The position numbers and the translations under genes are program-made. 64,000 nt of DNA from the human T2T-CHM13v2.0 reference genome, Homo sapiens. This document shows positions 48,046-63,583 of this stretch, piece by piece. Every line of letters begins with the position of its first letter. Position 1 is the stretch's first letter. The stretch is from NCBI RefSeq assembly GCF_009914755.1, contig NC_060947.1. One strand, written 5' to 3'. A model generated the notes under the pieces. It was given only the letters and a program-made list of their open reading frames with translations, was not told the origin of the DNA and did no database searches.

Positions 48046-48505
48046 ATCTAGAGTATGAGCAGTGGTCCTGCAAGGTGGCCACAGGTATCAATCTTGGGAT
48101 TCGGTGTTTTAAATGACATACTTGAAAACGGCTAGTCCCAGAGGCTTTAATACTCTGTAGGTGTGTTAGAACACAGAACAAGGCTAGCAAGCGGAATTTT
48201 GCCACTGGGAAAATTCCACTGTAGTCAGTTGTATTAAATGTAGAGCCCTACATTAAGATTTTAAGAGGATTAATTATTAAATATATAAATTGAAAACTTC
48301 AGAAGTAACTGAAATTACTTGTTTTATTTGAAACAGGCTTTGAAACCTCTGATATATGGAAATGCTTATGATATGCCGTATTGCAGTCTTTTATCAGTTA
48401 AGTAGGTGATCCAGTCTGCTAAAAACCAACAACTTTGTAAAGGAGTTTTCCTTTATTGTGAAAATATCAAGTGTGACATACATGAAGAGATTTTTTGCTC
48501 AAGTA

Positions 48506-48821
<316 letters not shown>

Positions 48822-48886
48822 TGAGTAAATTATTGACAGGTTATTGATAAAAGTTTAGTGTTTAGAATGGTTATTTTCCCTACATT

Positions 48887-49186
48887 CTTTTTGTTGTTGT
48901 TGTTGTTTCAAGACAGATTCTCTGTCACCCAGGCTGGAATGCAGTGGCACGAACTCGGCTGACTGCAACCTCCACCTCCTATATTCAAGCGATTCTTCTG
49001 CCTTACTCAGCTTCCTGAATAGCTGGGATTACAGGCATGAGCCACCATGCCCAGCTAATTTTTATATTTTTAATAGAGACGGGGTTTTGCCATGTTGGCC
49101 AGCTAGTCTTGAACTCCGGACCACAAGTGATTTGCCCGCCTCGGCTTCCCAAAGTGCTGGGATTACAGGCGTGAGCCACCGAGCCC
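48887..49186 (-). mobile_element. AluS-like element with a (TTG)n tail
   Basis: Dimeric Alu; flanking repeat tattttccct. Confidence 0.88.
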
Positions 49187-49269
49187 TATTTTCCCTGATT
49201 TCCTGTGTGTAATCAGGCACAGATTTATTTTTCTGACTTAACGGGAATGTGATTAATCAGCACATACAC

Positions 49270-49470
49270 TACACTTTTCATGTTTTATTTCTTGTAACCC
49301 TCAAAAGAGCCCCAGGAAGTAGATAGTTTTTCTATGTCCATATTATAGACATGAAAACTGAGAGTGAGAATTTAAGTAGATGGCCCAGTTTTATTATGAT
49401 GGGAAGTGGCAGAACTTAGGTCTGTCAGATTCTGGAAACTGCATGCCCAAAGGCTATACAATACGACACT
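49270..49470 (-). mobile_element. MIR
   Basis: cattatagacatgaaaactgagag...aagtggcagaac. Confidence 0.55.
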
Positions 49471-49724
49471 GCCTATCATGAGTTCAACAGCAAATTCCTC
49501 ATTTATAGGAAATGGACCTGATAGTATCCACAATAATTTATGTCTGCTTAGAGTTCCCCTTTACTCTATTTTGCTGTTGATTTTAAGTGGGCTCATCTGT
49601 TTACCAAAATGAGCAAACTGTGGTCTGGCTAACTGCTTTAAATTGTACACTAAGTTTTATGTGTAAAGAGATTTTTTTTTTAACCCGGGAGGAAATCAAT
49701 AAATGCAATCAGTTTCTAAAAGGA

Positions 49725-52700
49725 ATTTGTCCCGTGGGTTATTTAGTTCTTTGGATTCCAACCATTTGGAGATTTTACTGTTATTCTTCTGTTATTGATT
49801 TGTAGTTTGATTCCATTCTTTTTGGACAACACAATCTGCATTATTTCAATTATTTTAAATTTGTTGAGGCTTACTTTATGTCCCAGGATATGATCTAGAT
49901 TGACATTTTTTCCATAGATATTTGAAAAGAATGTATGTTCTGCTGTTGTTAAGTAGGGTGTTCTACAAATGTTGATTAGATACTGTTGGTTGATAGTGTT
50001 ACTATTTTTTTCAAATATTCTTGCTGCCTTTTTTTGTCCAGTTCTATCAATTGGTGTCAGGGGGTATCATTTTCTCTAATTATAATTGTATAGTGGTCTA
50101 TTTATCTTTTTAGTTCTATCAGTTTTGGCCTGTGTATTTTGCAGCTCTGTTGTTCTATGTATACATTTAGGATTGCTGTGTCCTCTTTGTGGATTGATAG
50201 TTTTTTGTTATATAATACCCTTTTGGTCTCTGGTAATTTACTTTTCTGTAAAGTCTACTTTATCTGATATTAATAAAGCCACTTCTACTCTCTTTTGCAT
50301 GATATATCTTTTTTATCATTTTGCTTTCAACCTGCCTATATTATTATATTTGAGTGAATTTCTTATAGACAGCATATATTTAGGTCATGGTTTAATTAAT
50401 ACACTGTGAATCTATCTTTTAGTTGGCATATGTAGACCATATATGTTTAATGTAATTAGTGATATGTTAGGGCTTAAGTCTGCTGTTTTATTTTTGTTTT
50501 CTGTTTGTTCTTTCTTCATTTCATTTATGTTTCCCTTTCCCTGCTTTCCTATTTGTAACTTGGACACGTTTTCGAATTCCATTCTGATTTATCTATAGTG
50601 TCTTTGAGTGTATCCATTTGTACAGCTTTTTTTAGGGGTTGCTCTAGATATTACATTATATATACACATAACTTATTGCATCATTGATATCATCATTTAC
50701 CAATTAGAGTGAAGTATAGATACTGTATCTTCCTTTACATCCGTTTGCCCTCTCCCATTTATAATATAATTGTCTTAAATATTTTCTCTACCTACATTTA
50801 GAATCACATAAGACGTTGCCATAATTTTTGCTTCAACAATCAACATAATTTAGAAAAATCAAGAAAAGGAAAGGCTTTGTTTTCACCTATATTTTTGCTT
50901 CCTGTGTTCTTCCTTCCTTCCTGATATTCCAAGGTTCCTTTTTTGTCATTTCCTTTTTGTTCAGAAAACTTCCTTTAGCCATTCTTTTAAGGTAGATCTG
51001 CTGGTGAAATATACTCTCAGCTTTTCTTTGTCGGAAAAAGTCTTGATTTCCCCTCTATTCCAGAAGAATATTTTCTCTAGGTATAAGATTATGGTTTTAC
51101 AGTTATTTCTGTACTTAAAAAATGTTGTGCCACTTCTGTCTGGCTTCCATGGCTTCTTATGAGAAGTCCATTGTCATTTTAATTGTTTTTCCCCTATAGG
51201 TTTGGTGTCATTTTTCTCTGGCTGCTTTCAAGATATTTTTTTCTTTGTCTTTATTTTTCAGGTGTTTAATTATGAAATGTCTTGGTATGGATTTCTTTGG
51301 GTCCATTTTGTTTGGGGTTTTCTCAGCTTCTTTAATCTGCAGGTTTATGTCTATTCCCAAATTTGGAAAGTTTTCAGCCATTATTTCTTGGAGTACTTAT
51401 TTAGCCTTGCCCTCTTAATATTCCCCTTCTGGGACTCTGATGACATGAATGTCAGCTATTGTGGTATAGTCCCATAGGTCCCTGAGGTTCTGTTTATTCT
51501 TTTTCGTTTAGTTTTTCTCTGTTGTGTAGGTTGAGTAATTTCTATTGTTCTGTCTTCAAGTTCATGGATTCTTTCCTCCCCTCCATTTTGCTATTAAGCC
51601 TATGCACTGAGCTTTTTATTTTTGTTATTATATTTTTCTCTTCCAAAATTTCCATTTGGTTCTGCTTAATATCTTTGATGTCTTTGCTAAGACTTCTGAT
51701 TCTTTTCTGAGGCTTCCCGTGTTTTGTATGTTTTTTTTTCAAGAGTGTTTGCAATTGCTCCTTTAAACATTTTAGATGATGGTTTCTTTAAAATCTTCAT
51801 CAGATAATTCTAACATCTCTGTCATTCTGGTATTGGCATGTATTGATTGTCTTTTTATACAGTTTGAGATCTTCCTGATTCTTGTCATGACCAGTGATTT
51901 TTTAAATTGAAAATTGGTCATGTTTATATTATGAGGTTGTGGATTTTCTTTAAGTCGTCTGTTTTAGTTGATATTTTCTGACACTGCTCTGGCAGGGAAA
52001 GGTGAGAACATTGCCTCATTACCGCCAGGTGGAGGTAGAAGTTCAGGGTACCCACTAAGCCTTCATTGACACATGAGGGGTAGGCTGTTTATTTGCTGTT
52101 AGGTCGAGGAAGGAGTTCTGGCTTCTCACATAGTCTCCACTGACACTGTGGTGGGGGTGGCCTTGTAACCACTGGACAGTGGTGAAGGTCTTGAGTCTCC
52201 ACTAGGTCCCTTCTTACACTGACTGGCAAGGAATGGGAGGGACTTCCCATAAATTCCACGTGGAGGTGGAAGTACAGGCTCTTGATGTGGTTTCCAATGA
52301 CACTGTGGGGATGGGGGATCATTACTGGCCAGCAGATTAAAGTTCTGGCTCCCTACTTGACCTTAGTTGATAATACTCTTACAGGGTACTGCGGTGCCTT
52401 GTTTTTGCCTTGTAAGAATGGAAGTCTAGGCTCCCTATTTGGCACTTACTGGTGTGGCTGGTGGTGGAACAACAAATTTTTATGTAACATTTAGCTGCAG
52501 TAGAGTGGTTATTCTCTCATTTTTTTTCTTTTTTGCCAGGCTGCCCCTTTCCTGCTCTTTTGGCTAGAGAGAGCAAGCTTGTGTTTTGTCTTCTTTTTCT
52601 GTCTGCTTCTATCAGTCTTTCGAAGTTACCATTTATTTTCAGCTCCATGTCTGGGATATATGAGGCAAAAAGAAACCCAGGGAACTTACTACCATGTCTT

Positions 52701-52866
52701 TCCTTGGGACTCAATGTCCCTAAGCAATCTGGTTTCTTTTCTACATGTTTCAGAGTCCTCTTACTGTTGTTTTACATATAATCCCCAGGTGTCCAATGTT
52801 TCAATTGTACTTAGTAGTTGAAATAGGGAAAAGTATATCTACTCCATCTTCCTGGAGGCAGAAGTC
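49725..52866 (-). mobile_element. Old L1MC/MD 5' half (5' UTR, ORF1 remnant, ORF2 endonuclease start)
   Basis: ORF1-like KDIKDIKQNQMEILEEKNIITKIK (51542..51754); aagtctactttatctgatattaat; 5' end ctactccatcttcctggaggcagaagtc. Confidence 0.75.
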
Positions 52867-53329
52867 CAAAATTGTGTTTTAAAAAAGTTCCTCATAAGCA
52901 GATGCTGTCATTCCCTTGGGATATCTGGGCTCCCCAAATATCTCCTATGGTACTGTCCAGCATTTTTTGTCATGCTGCTTGAAGTTTCATAAATTAGAGT
53001 ATCATTTAGATTAACTAGGATTCTTTTGAAAAATTAGACATTTTTCAGATGTTTAAGGGGACACCGATTTTCTAAGCCACATTGAATAGGACTTATCATG
53101 AAACAGCAGAGATGAAGAACTGCATGCATTCTTGTAGCACAGAGCACCAACCCAGGGAGGACAGTTTAGTGGTGTCCCAGTGGGTAATTTAGAGCAGAGG
53201 TAAAGGCTGTAGGGACTCAGGGAGCTAGGCAACAGGAAGAAAATGCTAGGTGAAGAAAAGCAGATAGAAGGATATTAAAGGTAAACACTAATGATTTTTA
53301 AGTCTTGATTGAGACCCGTTCTGTTCCTA

Positions 53330-53560
53330 AGAATAGTAATTATCCTTTATTTTCTATCAAGTGCCAGGCACTTCAGGTATGTTATCTCACTAAACTCTAT
53401 AATGACTCTGTGGAATAGGAATTGTAATTCTCATTTCACAGAGGAAGCAACTGGGGCATAGAATTTAGGTGACTTCCCTACGTTCTCATAGATAATAGAT
53501 TAAAAGGTCCAGATGTAAACCCAGATCTGTCTGACTTCAAAGTCCAGTTCTTTACCATTG
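53330..53560 (-). mobile_element. MIR
   Basis: ctcatttcacagaggaagcaactgggg...cccagatctgtctgacttcaaagtcc. Confidence 0.7.
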
Positions 53561-53639
53561 CAAATTCACTCTTCTTCCTCTTCCCTCCAGAAGAATGTGA
53601 GTCCTTTCCCTTATACCCTTATACCCAGGCCTTGGGTTC

Positions 53640-53805
53640 ATGAAGATAGCTCCTGAATGCGGGACAGTAGGCTTTTCAGGGGTAGCCTAAGACTCCCCTC
53701 AGCTATGGAGCTTATTTTGTGGACAAACCCATTCTAAATCCAAATAGCTGACTTATAAATGGCCCTTTGGAACACAACCCATTTCAAATGTTGGGGAAGC
53801 TTGTA
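53640..53805. mobile_element. Possible old Tigger-family fragment (Tigger15-like terminus)
   Basis: ggaacacaacccatttcaaatgttggggaagcttg followed by ta resembles a Tigger TIR. Confidence 0.35.
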
Positions 53806-54659
53806 ATTTTCAGTCACATACAAGTGCTTTCTCTCTCTGTCTTTCTCTTTTTCTCTCAATGCTACATTTTCATGTAACTTAAAGAGACAATCAGGTTAGA
53901 ATTTTTAAAATTTATCTTTCAGGTAATGACCCAGTATTTTCCTTCAGGCTCATACAAGCTCTGAGGACTATTGCAATCATTTATAAGATATTTTCATTGG
54001 CCAAGAAACATTTTTGTCTATATTCTGCCATGCAATCTAATAATAGGAGTAATTGATTTAATAATCACAATAGCAGGAACCTCAGGGGGCCATTTAAATG
54101 TGGCCTGTGTTGACATTGCTGAGGCCTTGTTGGAGGCAGGGCCATAAGAGATTGGGTTTTTCATTTCCATAAACAAAAGTACACTTTTCTCCCTTGGTCT
54201 TATATGCAAGAGGCTCCCAACACTTATACACAACTGGGGGATGGGAAGCCAGACAATTGCCATGCAATAGGGCAAAGGAAAACAGAACTATTGAAATTTG
54301 ATGAGTTGTGTTTTTATTTCAATTCTGTCAAAATACCCCAATGAGATTGAGGCGATATCAAATGGGCAATATAAATGCAAATCCAAGGGCTCTCAGTCTG
54401 CCAGCAGAGGTCACTCACTGGGGTGCATTGTAGATATACAGAGGTCAATGTCTATAACAGTACTCAGGTTTACCTGAGATGGAAATCCAGGCTCTATGGT
54501 TTGACTTCATATCTAGGGAATTTCTTATGTGGACACATGTCTTGAATACAGTTATGGAGTTACTATTGACAGCTTTACAGTTGTAAAAATAACTAAAATT
54601 GTTACCAACCTGTTGGTTTTCAAAGAAACTTGAAAGAACACATAAAAATTTTCAAATGA

Positions 54660-55017
54660 AGTTTAGCAGATGGGGGATAGCTGTGGGGAAGCTTAATGAG
54701 CAGCATGATTGTCATAAGGAGGAGGCAGTTACTGGAACCAGTTGTATGAAAGAGCTGAAGGACAAGAGCTACAGAAGGATACAGCAACACAGGTGACCTG
54801 GGATGGAATGGAGCTGGAGGAATAAATACATCAATCTTATTCTCCTCACACTCTCTGACTTCCTGCTGCTGCCCCTTGCCCACTGGCTCAAACTTAACCA
54901 GAATCCAGAAGGCAAAGACAATCCATACAGGTTAGTCTTCCTAGGCACAGAGCAGGATGGAGAAGGGTGAAGAGTGGAAAGTAAATCTGGAGGAGTAGAG
55001 AGAAAACATCCAGCACA
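54660..55017 (-). mobile_element. LTR33-family ERVL LTR
   Basis: ggcacagagcaggatggagaagggtgaagagtgg...atctggagg...aacatccagcaca. Confidence 0.65.
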
Positions 55018-55159
55018 ATGTAATTTGTTCTTATTTTTAGCTATTTATGCCATTGTAAAATAAAATTCAGAAAGCAAACACATATGCAATGTCACCATTA
55101 ACAGTTTGGTTATAATTCTTTCATGAATTTTTTTCTCTGTCTTCTCCTTCCCCCTAACT

Positions 55160-55203
<44 letters not shown>
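55160..55203. repeat. (CA)n microsatellite
   Basis: Visible in the sequence. Confidence 0.95.
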
Positions 55204-55206
<3 letters not shown>

Positions 55207-55212
55207 TATATA

Positions 55213-55610
55213 TGCAATTTAGAGTAGGTTTACCTACTGTAACACACAGACCCTAAGAGACAGTGACTCAAGACCATATAAATTTATTTTTTGATCATGT
55301 AACTGTCCTGGACAAGTGTTTAGTTTGATGGGGTTGCTACCTTCCACAAGGTCATTCAGGGATCCAGGTTTCTTCCATCTCAAGACTGATACATAGCTTA
55401 GGACCTTGTTATTGTCTGCACCCAGGAAATAACATAGAGGAGTACATAGACAGAGGTTTTATGAGCCATTTCTGTTCACATCTATTGGCTAGAGTTGTTA
55501 CATGGCCACACACAACTGCAGGTGTGGCTGGGAAATGCAATTCATCTGTACGTCCAGGAAGAAGGGGTGAATGAACTCTAGTGAAAAAATAGCTAGCACT
55601 CTCTGTGACA
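55213..55610 (-). mobile_element. MLT1J-like LTR
   Basis: gtcattcagggatccaggtttcttccatct...catggccacacacaactgcagg..ggctgggaaatgc. Confidence 0.65.
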
Positions 55611-56119
55611 GTGATGCACTTATGTTTGTGTGTATATGTGAGTGATTTTTACATAAATTGAATCATATTCATATGGATTATTTTTAAGTACACAATTTTG
55701 TGCAGTTTTTTTATGTTTATATTTCCCATTCCACACTTTTCCTCTCCACCTGTATTAACATCTTCCATTCCCACCCCACATAAGCAACTCAGTTTGAGAA
55801 CCTACTGTGCCAACACTCATGCATATGAAAACTTAACAAAAACTAGGAAAGGAGAGGGAACTTCCTCAACTTCAAGAAGAACGTCTACAAAAAACTTATA
55901 GCTAGCATACTTAATGGTTGGATTCTATTCTCCTAAGATCAGAAACAAGGCAAGGATGTTTTCTCTCACCACTCCTATTCAATGTCATACTAGAAATCCT
56001 AGCTAGTGTAGTAAGATAAGAAAATGAAATAAAAGTTATACCTATAGGGAAGGAAGAAATATAACTGTCTTTCTTCACAGATGACGTGATTGTCTAGGGA
56101 GAAAAATCCCAAAAAACTA

Positions 56120-56641
<522 letters not shown>

Positions 56642-57694
56642 CTACATATGGAAACTACAAAATTCTGAGAAAAAATTAAAAATTAAACAATGGAGAGATA
56701 TTACACGTTCATGCATCACTATTGTTAAGATATTAATTCTTCCCAACCTAATCTATAGCTTCAACACAATGCCAAGCAAAATCCCAGCAAACTACTTTTT
56801 AGATATCAACAAACTGTTTTTGAAGTTCATATGGGAAGGCAAAAGACACACAATACTGAAGCCAACACAATGTGAAGAAGAAAAACAAAGTTAGAAGACT
56901 CATACTACCTGATTTTAAGAATTACCATAATGCTACAGTAATCAAGACGGCATAGTATGGGGGAAAGAATAGACAAAGATATCAGGGAAACAGAAAACAG
57001 AGCCCAGAGTAGGCTCAAAAAAATACAGTCAACTGATCTTTGATAAATTAATGAAGGCAATTCAATGGAGAAAGAATAGTTTTTTCAATAAATGGTAATG
57101 GAATAATTGTATGTTCATATGTTGAAAAAAGAACTTAGACACAGATCTTACATCTTTAACAAAGATGGATCATAGACCTAAGTGTAAAATTCAAATTGTA
57201 ACATTTTATAAAAAACTATAGGAAAAATATATAGGTGACCTCGCACTTGATAAGTTTTTAGATACAACACTAAAAGCATGATCCATGAAAGAAACATTAT
57301 GTAACTTTTATTATTTTCTTAAAACTTACAACTTCTGCTCTGTAAAAAGACTTTGTTAAGAGAATAAAAAGACAAGTCACAGAAGGGGAGAAAATATTTG
57401 CAAAACACACATGTCATAAAGACCTATCTAAAATATACAAAAATCCCTTAAAATTCGACAATAAGAAAACAAACAATCCAATTTAAAAATGGACAAAACA
57501 TCTGAAGAGACACAACATCAAAGAAGATATATAAATAAGCATATGAAAAGATGCTCACAATTATTTGTCATTAGGGAATTGCAAATTAAAACAACAATGG
57601 GATACTACTCCATATCCATTAAAAATGGCTAAAATCCAAAACACTGACAATACCAAATCCTGGTGAGGATGCAAAACAATAAGAACTCATTGCT

Positions 57695-58073
<379 letters not shown>

Positions 58074-59275
58074 TTACGAATTTAAACACAGTCTTACCAT
58101 ACAGTCCAGCAACCATGCCTCGAAGTACCTACCTAACTCCAGAAATCATGCTTCTAAAAACTTACCTAACTGTTTAAAAAGCTTATGTCCACATGAAAAC
58201 CTGCTTACCTATGTTTATAGCAGCTTTATTCACAAGAACCAAAACTTGGAAGCTACCAGGATGTCCTTCGATAGGTGAACAGATAAGTAAATTGTAGTAT
58301 ATTCTACAACAGAGTATTATTCAGTAATAAAAAGAAATAAGCTACCAAGACATAAAATGGCATGGATGAATATTAAATGCTATTCCTAAAGAACAGAAGC
58401 CAGTCTGAAAAGGCTACATACTGTGTGATTACAATTATAAAACAATCTGGAAAAGGAGAATTATAGAGACAGTAAACGCCAGTGGTTGCTGGAGGTACGG
58501 GAAAAGTAGAGGAAAGGTGGAATGGGTAAAACACATAGGATGTTTTAGGGCAGCGAAACTATTCTGTATTATACTGTAATTGTGAGTGCATGACACTATG
58601 TGTTTGCCAAAACCCATTGAACTTTACAGTGCATGAACCTTAATGTATCCAAAAAATTTAAAAAGTAATTTAAGAGGTTGGAGAAATCCCAGGGTAACAA
58701 TCTAACTGTATTGTAAATATGCGAAACAACCTCACTTAAGGAGGCTAAGGAAAAAGGTGTTCACCTAAATAACTTTGCTAATAAGTGGAATCAGTAAAAC
58801 TAAAGATGAAAGGAACTGCACATAAGCATTGTACTCTAGTTGACAGAGTTGCTTCACTTGGAGGTACAAGTTAACAATTCTGATGCTGCTACTGATGTAT
58901 ACTGGAATGGAGCAGCTAAGTAAATGAATGTCAGATGGTGGGAACCAGATTTCTCCCTTTTTGGAGTGGGAGTTTACAGATAAGCAAGGGGAGGAAGCTA
59001 GAATAATTTATATGGTGAGAATTAGAGTTGGAGACATCGATATAAACTCATGTTTAGCTTGATATGGATACAGATGGTTGCATATAGAAATATTTATATG
59101 TATGTATATATACATGAGTTAGTATACACACATATATATTTTTCCCTCTGTCAGCTGATAGGGCCTACAGGCAACAACATTCCAGTAGGAATGAATACAA
59201 CTAGTGCCCAGATCTTGGTTTCTAGCACTAATTTCCAATTTAAAAAAAAAAAATAAACAAACAAAAAAAAACAGG

Positions 59276-59642
<367 letters not shown>

Positions 59643-60600
59643 TTATGGTGTCGGGAAGTAAAGAAGTGTTCAAAGATAAAAAAAAAAAAAAAGTAGATCC
59701 ACAAGGATGAGAGTATGTCAAAGAGACTCTGGAGTCCACCAAAAGAGCTCCCAATGGCCAAAGCATGGAATAATTTGGGCAATAAAATAAAAAAAGTAGT
59801 ACTGGCTTATAATAAGTATAAATATCCATGAATCCATATTAGTAAATAAACAACTGGGTAAAGAAACAAATGGGGAAAAGAGCTAAATGTCCTATAGAAT
59901 AATTCCAAATAATTTATGTAGATATTATGCCTCGAAGAGGTGGAGCATAACTTCCCACTCCATAAGTGTGGGCTGCACATAGTAACTTCCTTCCAAAGAG
60001 TATAGTATGGAAAATGGGGGAAAAGTGTAACTTTAAAATGGGGGAACCTGACAAATACTACCTCATCCAGGTAATCAAGGTCAGTATCAACAGTGATAAG
60101 TCATGCTGATAGCATGTGCCCTTGATATGATGTGATGAGAATGGCAATTTATCTCTATGGTCTTCCTCCCCAAAACCCATAACTGTAGTCTAATTATGAT
60201 AAAAACAGCAGGTGAATCCCAGTAGAAGTACATTCTAAACAAATATGACCAGTTCCTAGAAACTGTCAAGGTCTTCAAAAACAAGCAAAGTTTGAGAAAC
60301 TGTCACAGCCAAGAGAGGTCTAAGGAAACATGAAAACTAAATGGAATGCAGTATTCTGTGTGGGATCCTAAAACAAAAAAAGGACATTAGGTAAAAATCT
60401 AAGGATGTCTGATTAAACTATAGACTTTAGTTAATGACAGTGTGTCAATATTTTTAATTAATTGTAACAAAGGTGTCATACTAATGTAAGTAGTTAATCT
60501 GGAAAAAAAATTTGGGTGTGGAACTTCTCTGCACTATTTTTGCAACTGTTCTACAAATCTATAGATATATTCTAAAATAAAAAGTTTATTTTCAAAAATT

Positions 60601-60783
60601 CTACTGTATATCTTTTCATACTTTTTCCCATGCCCATATAATCATACACACAATCTCATGCACAGTTTTTTGGTGATTATTTTTGGAAAATGAAGTCACA
60701 TACATATAGTTCTGCATCTTGCTTTTCTTACTTTTCAATATCCTGTGGAACCCTCTCCAAGTCAACTGGTATAGCTCTTATTT

Positions 60784-60833
<50 letters not shown>

Positions 60834-61440
60834 AACACACACACACACACACACACACACTTTCTCTTTTTTGATGTATGCATAATATGTTATGATGTAA
60901 ATGTAGATGTACCCAAATTAATTCTATCATTTCTCTATTGATAGGCATTAATTTGTCAAAAATTGCCACTAAACAATATTGCAATAAATATCCTTGTATG
61001 TATATCATTATGTATTGGTGCTTTTATATTTACATTATCTTTTCTAGAAGTGGAATTGCTGAGTAGAAGGGCACACGTAGTTTTAATTTTATAGTTACTT
61101 CTAAATTGTTTATCAAAAGGCTGTAATTGTTTTTATTTTGACACATTTATAAGAATCATTGTTACCATAGTTTAAATTGTTTCCAGTCTGATGGATATAA
61201 TGTGTTATTCCTGTGTTACATTATTTTTCATTTCTCTGAGTACTATTGAATTTAAGCATCTTTTTATATTGTTTTCTGGCCCTTTGTATTTGCTCTTCTT
61301 AAATTGACTATTCATGTCTTTTGCCCATGTTTTATTGAATTGTTTGCCTTTTTTGTTCAAATTTCAAGCACTCCTTACAAATGATGTCATGAACTCATTT
61401 GTCGTACTTGTTGCTGATATACTTTCCAAATCTATGATAT
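60601..61440 (-). mobile_element. L1ME3-like 3' region, continuing from about 55690-55808; contains (CT)n(CA)n at 60787-60860
   Basis: aaacaatattgcaataaatatccttgt...ctagaagtggaattgctgagtagaagg...ttcatgtcttttgcccat. Confidence 0.65.
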
Positions 61441-61674
61441 GCCGACAATACGGACTTTGTTCTATAGTGGGTTAAGCCTGTATGTTGGCACTCTTAATTA
61501 ATTTGGTATTTGTAGTCTTTGCTTTTGACAGCATGTTTGTAGGCTGTTTGTTTTTCTTTAGGAGACATTCTGATTGATTTGCATTGGGATTTTCTGATCC
61601 AGAGGCAGCTTTCTCTAAAAGCATACATTTTGCATGAAGATTTCCAAGTCCTACTTCCTTTGCAATCTAACTTA

Positions 61675-62090
61675 TTGCATTCATTGAGTATAGGTTTGGC
61701 TGAATGTAAGCCATCCCAAAATAAAATGGGCTTAAAAGGGAGAGAAGTTTAGTTCTCTTACACATAAAGTTCTGTGCTGTTTTGTTGGCCTTGCTCTGTG
61801 GTTCTGTCCCGGATCCAGGCTTTTTACTTCTTTTTGTGTAGCTTTCCCAGGATGTTATTATCATGCTCATAACTTTGTCTCTATTTCTACCAGACAGAAG
61901 GGGCAAAAGAAAGGAAGAGGTGCACCTTCCCTTCAAGGGCATAAACTGGAAATTACAAAAATCACTTCTGTTTACGTCCAGTGGAGCAGAAATTTATCAT
62001 ATAGCCTTAAGTTGCTGCATGGTAAGCTGGGAAACGCAGCTTTTATTCTAACTGGCCAGGTACTCAGATCAAAATTAGAGATTCTGATAC
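61675..62090 (-). mobile_element. MLT1J/K-like LTR
   Basis: atcacttctgtttacgtccagtgg...ttgctgcatggtaagctgggaaacgcagcttttatt. Confidence 0.55.
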
Positions 62091-62289
62091 TATAGCAGCT
62101 CAGGAGAGCTACTAGTCTCTGCACATTTATCAAGAACCATCTTAAGAGAGAGACATTCCTAACCATAATTCTAAACTACCTTCCTGCCTCCTCCATAATC
62201 TATTATAGCCCTTCCCCTCTCTTGTACACAACTGATAGCTGAGAATCCTAGGGAAAATATGGAAGGACTATCTAAGGAAACATGATTAT

Positions 62290-63260
62290 TTTAAAACTCT
62301 TATAGTAGAAAGTCTCCAAAATGTACAAAATTATATTGAATAGTATCATGAGCCTCCATATACCCATAATCCAGCTTCAACAATTATCAATTCATAACCA
62401 ATTTTGTTTCACCTATAATTTACTTATTCTCCTTGAGATTATTTTGAAGCAAATACTGTGCATCATATAATTTTATGTAAACATAGTTATTTTAAATCTT
62501 TGTTTTTGAAAAACAGCTGACTAATAAACTGGAATAGAGAAAGTTGGAAGATCAGGAAAGGTAGTTATCAAGGGCAAGCCTGGATTATCATTCACCCATA
62601 GCAATGGATTCACTTAAGCATATCTTTATGAAGTCCATATTCTTCTCATGGCTAGCTCCTGGTCATTCGTTAGGTCTTAGTTAAATGTCACACTATCCTT
62701 TTTTTTTGTAGCACATATCACAGTTTATAATTACTTTATTTATTTGTGTGTTTCTTCTAGAAGAATGTAAGCTCCATGAGGACAGGGCCTATCATAATGC
62801 TTGGCACATAGTAGGGCATCAATATATAATTATGTAAGGAAGGAAGGAAGGAAAAGAAACTAAGAAAGGAAGAATTCAAAGCTCTTTATTAGTTGTAGGA
62901 TAGACTGATACTATAGATATTACTATAATGTGAAGCCTGCCTGAAAGGGACTACCAGTTTGGTAAGTAAGACAGCCAGCCAGGCAGGCAACTCTAGCACT
63001 CATTTATTCATCCATTAAGTGAATAGTTGCTGCACATCTACTATGGGTGAGGCCCTGTGTTAGAAAGGTGGACTGTGATAACTGCTAAAACAGATACATA
63101 GAGTGATGGACAGGAGAATTCCGTCTCAGGGAGGCAGGACTCAGGTAGGGCTTTGAAGAATGAGCAGGAAGGACATCAACAAAGGGAAAAGCATTATTGG
63201 AAGTGAGGATAGAGGGATAGAAAGAACAAAGGCCAAGAGGTTGGAAAAATTAGGACACAT
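62290..63260. mobile_element. L1MC5-like 3' fragment (about 62290-62490) and L2 fragments (about 62630-62860 plus, 63000-63260 minus)
   Basis: acccataatccagcttcaacaattatc; gaatgtaagctccatgaggacagg...ttggcacatagtagg. Confidence 0.55.
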
Positions 63261-63583
63261 TCAAAGTCTTATGACATACAATCATTGGAGTAAAATTGTG
63301 CTATTTATGCCCCTGTTTTAAAAAGATAGATAGTAGAAAGACATAGTGGGGGTTGCTGCTCTGGGGTTACAAATTTTTAAAATGAAAAATTAAGAAATGA
63401 AGAAACTCTAACAATTTTTTACTAAGCATGGTCTCTTTTTCTCCAAAAATTCTCTCATAAACAGCTGCTTCTTTATTTAGATAATGGTTATATTGATAAC
63501 AGCATAATACCCCAGGGGAGAGTCATGGAAAATCAAAACAGCTGGGACCTTCGTTAAGTAGAAGAGCTTCTTCTGTTCCCATG

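Noticed and set aside
63330-63560. Possible hAT/Charlie fragment
   Set aside because: I could not identify a TIR or TSD by eye, so it is not called.
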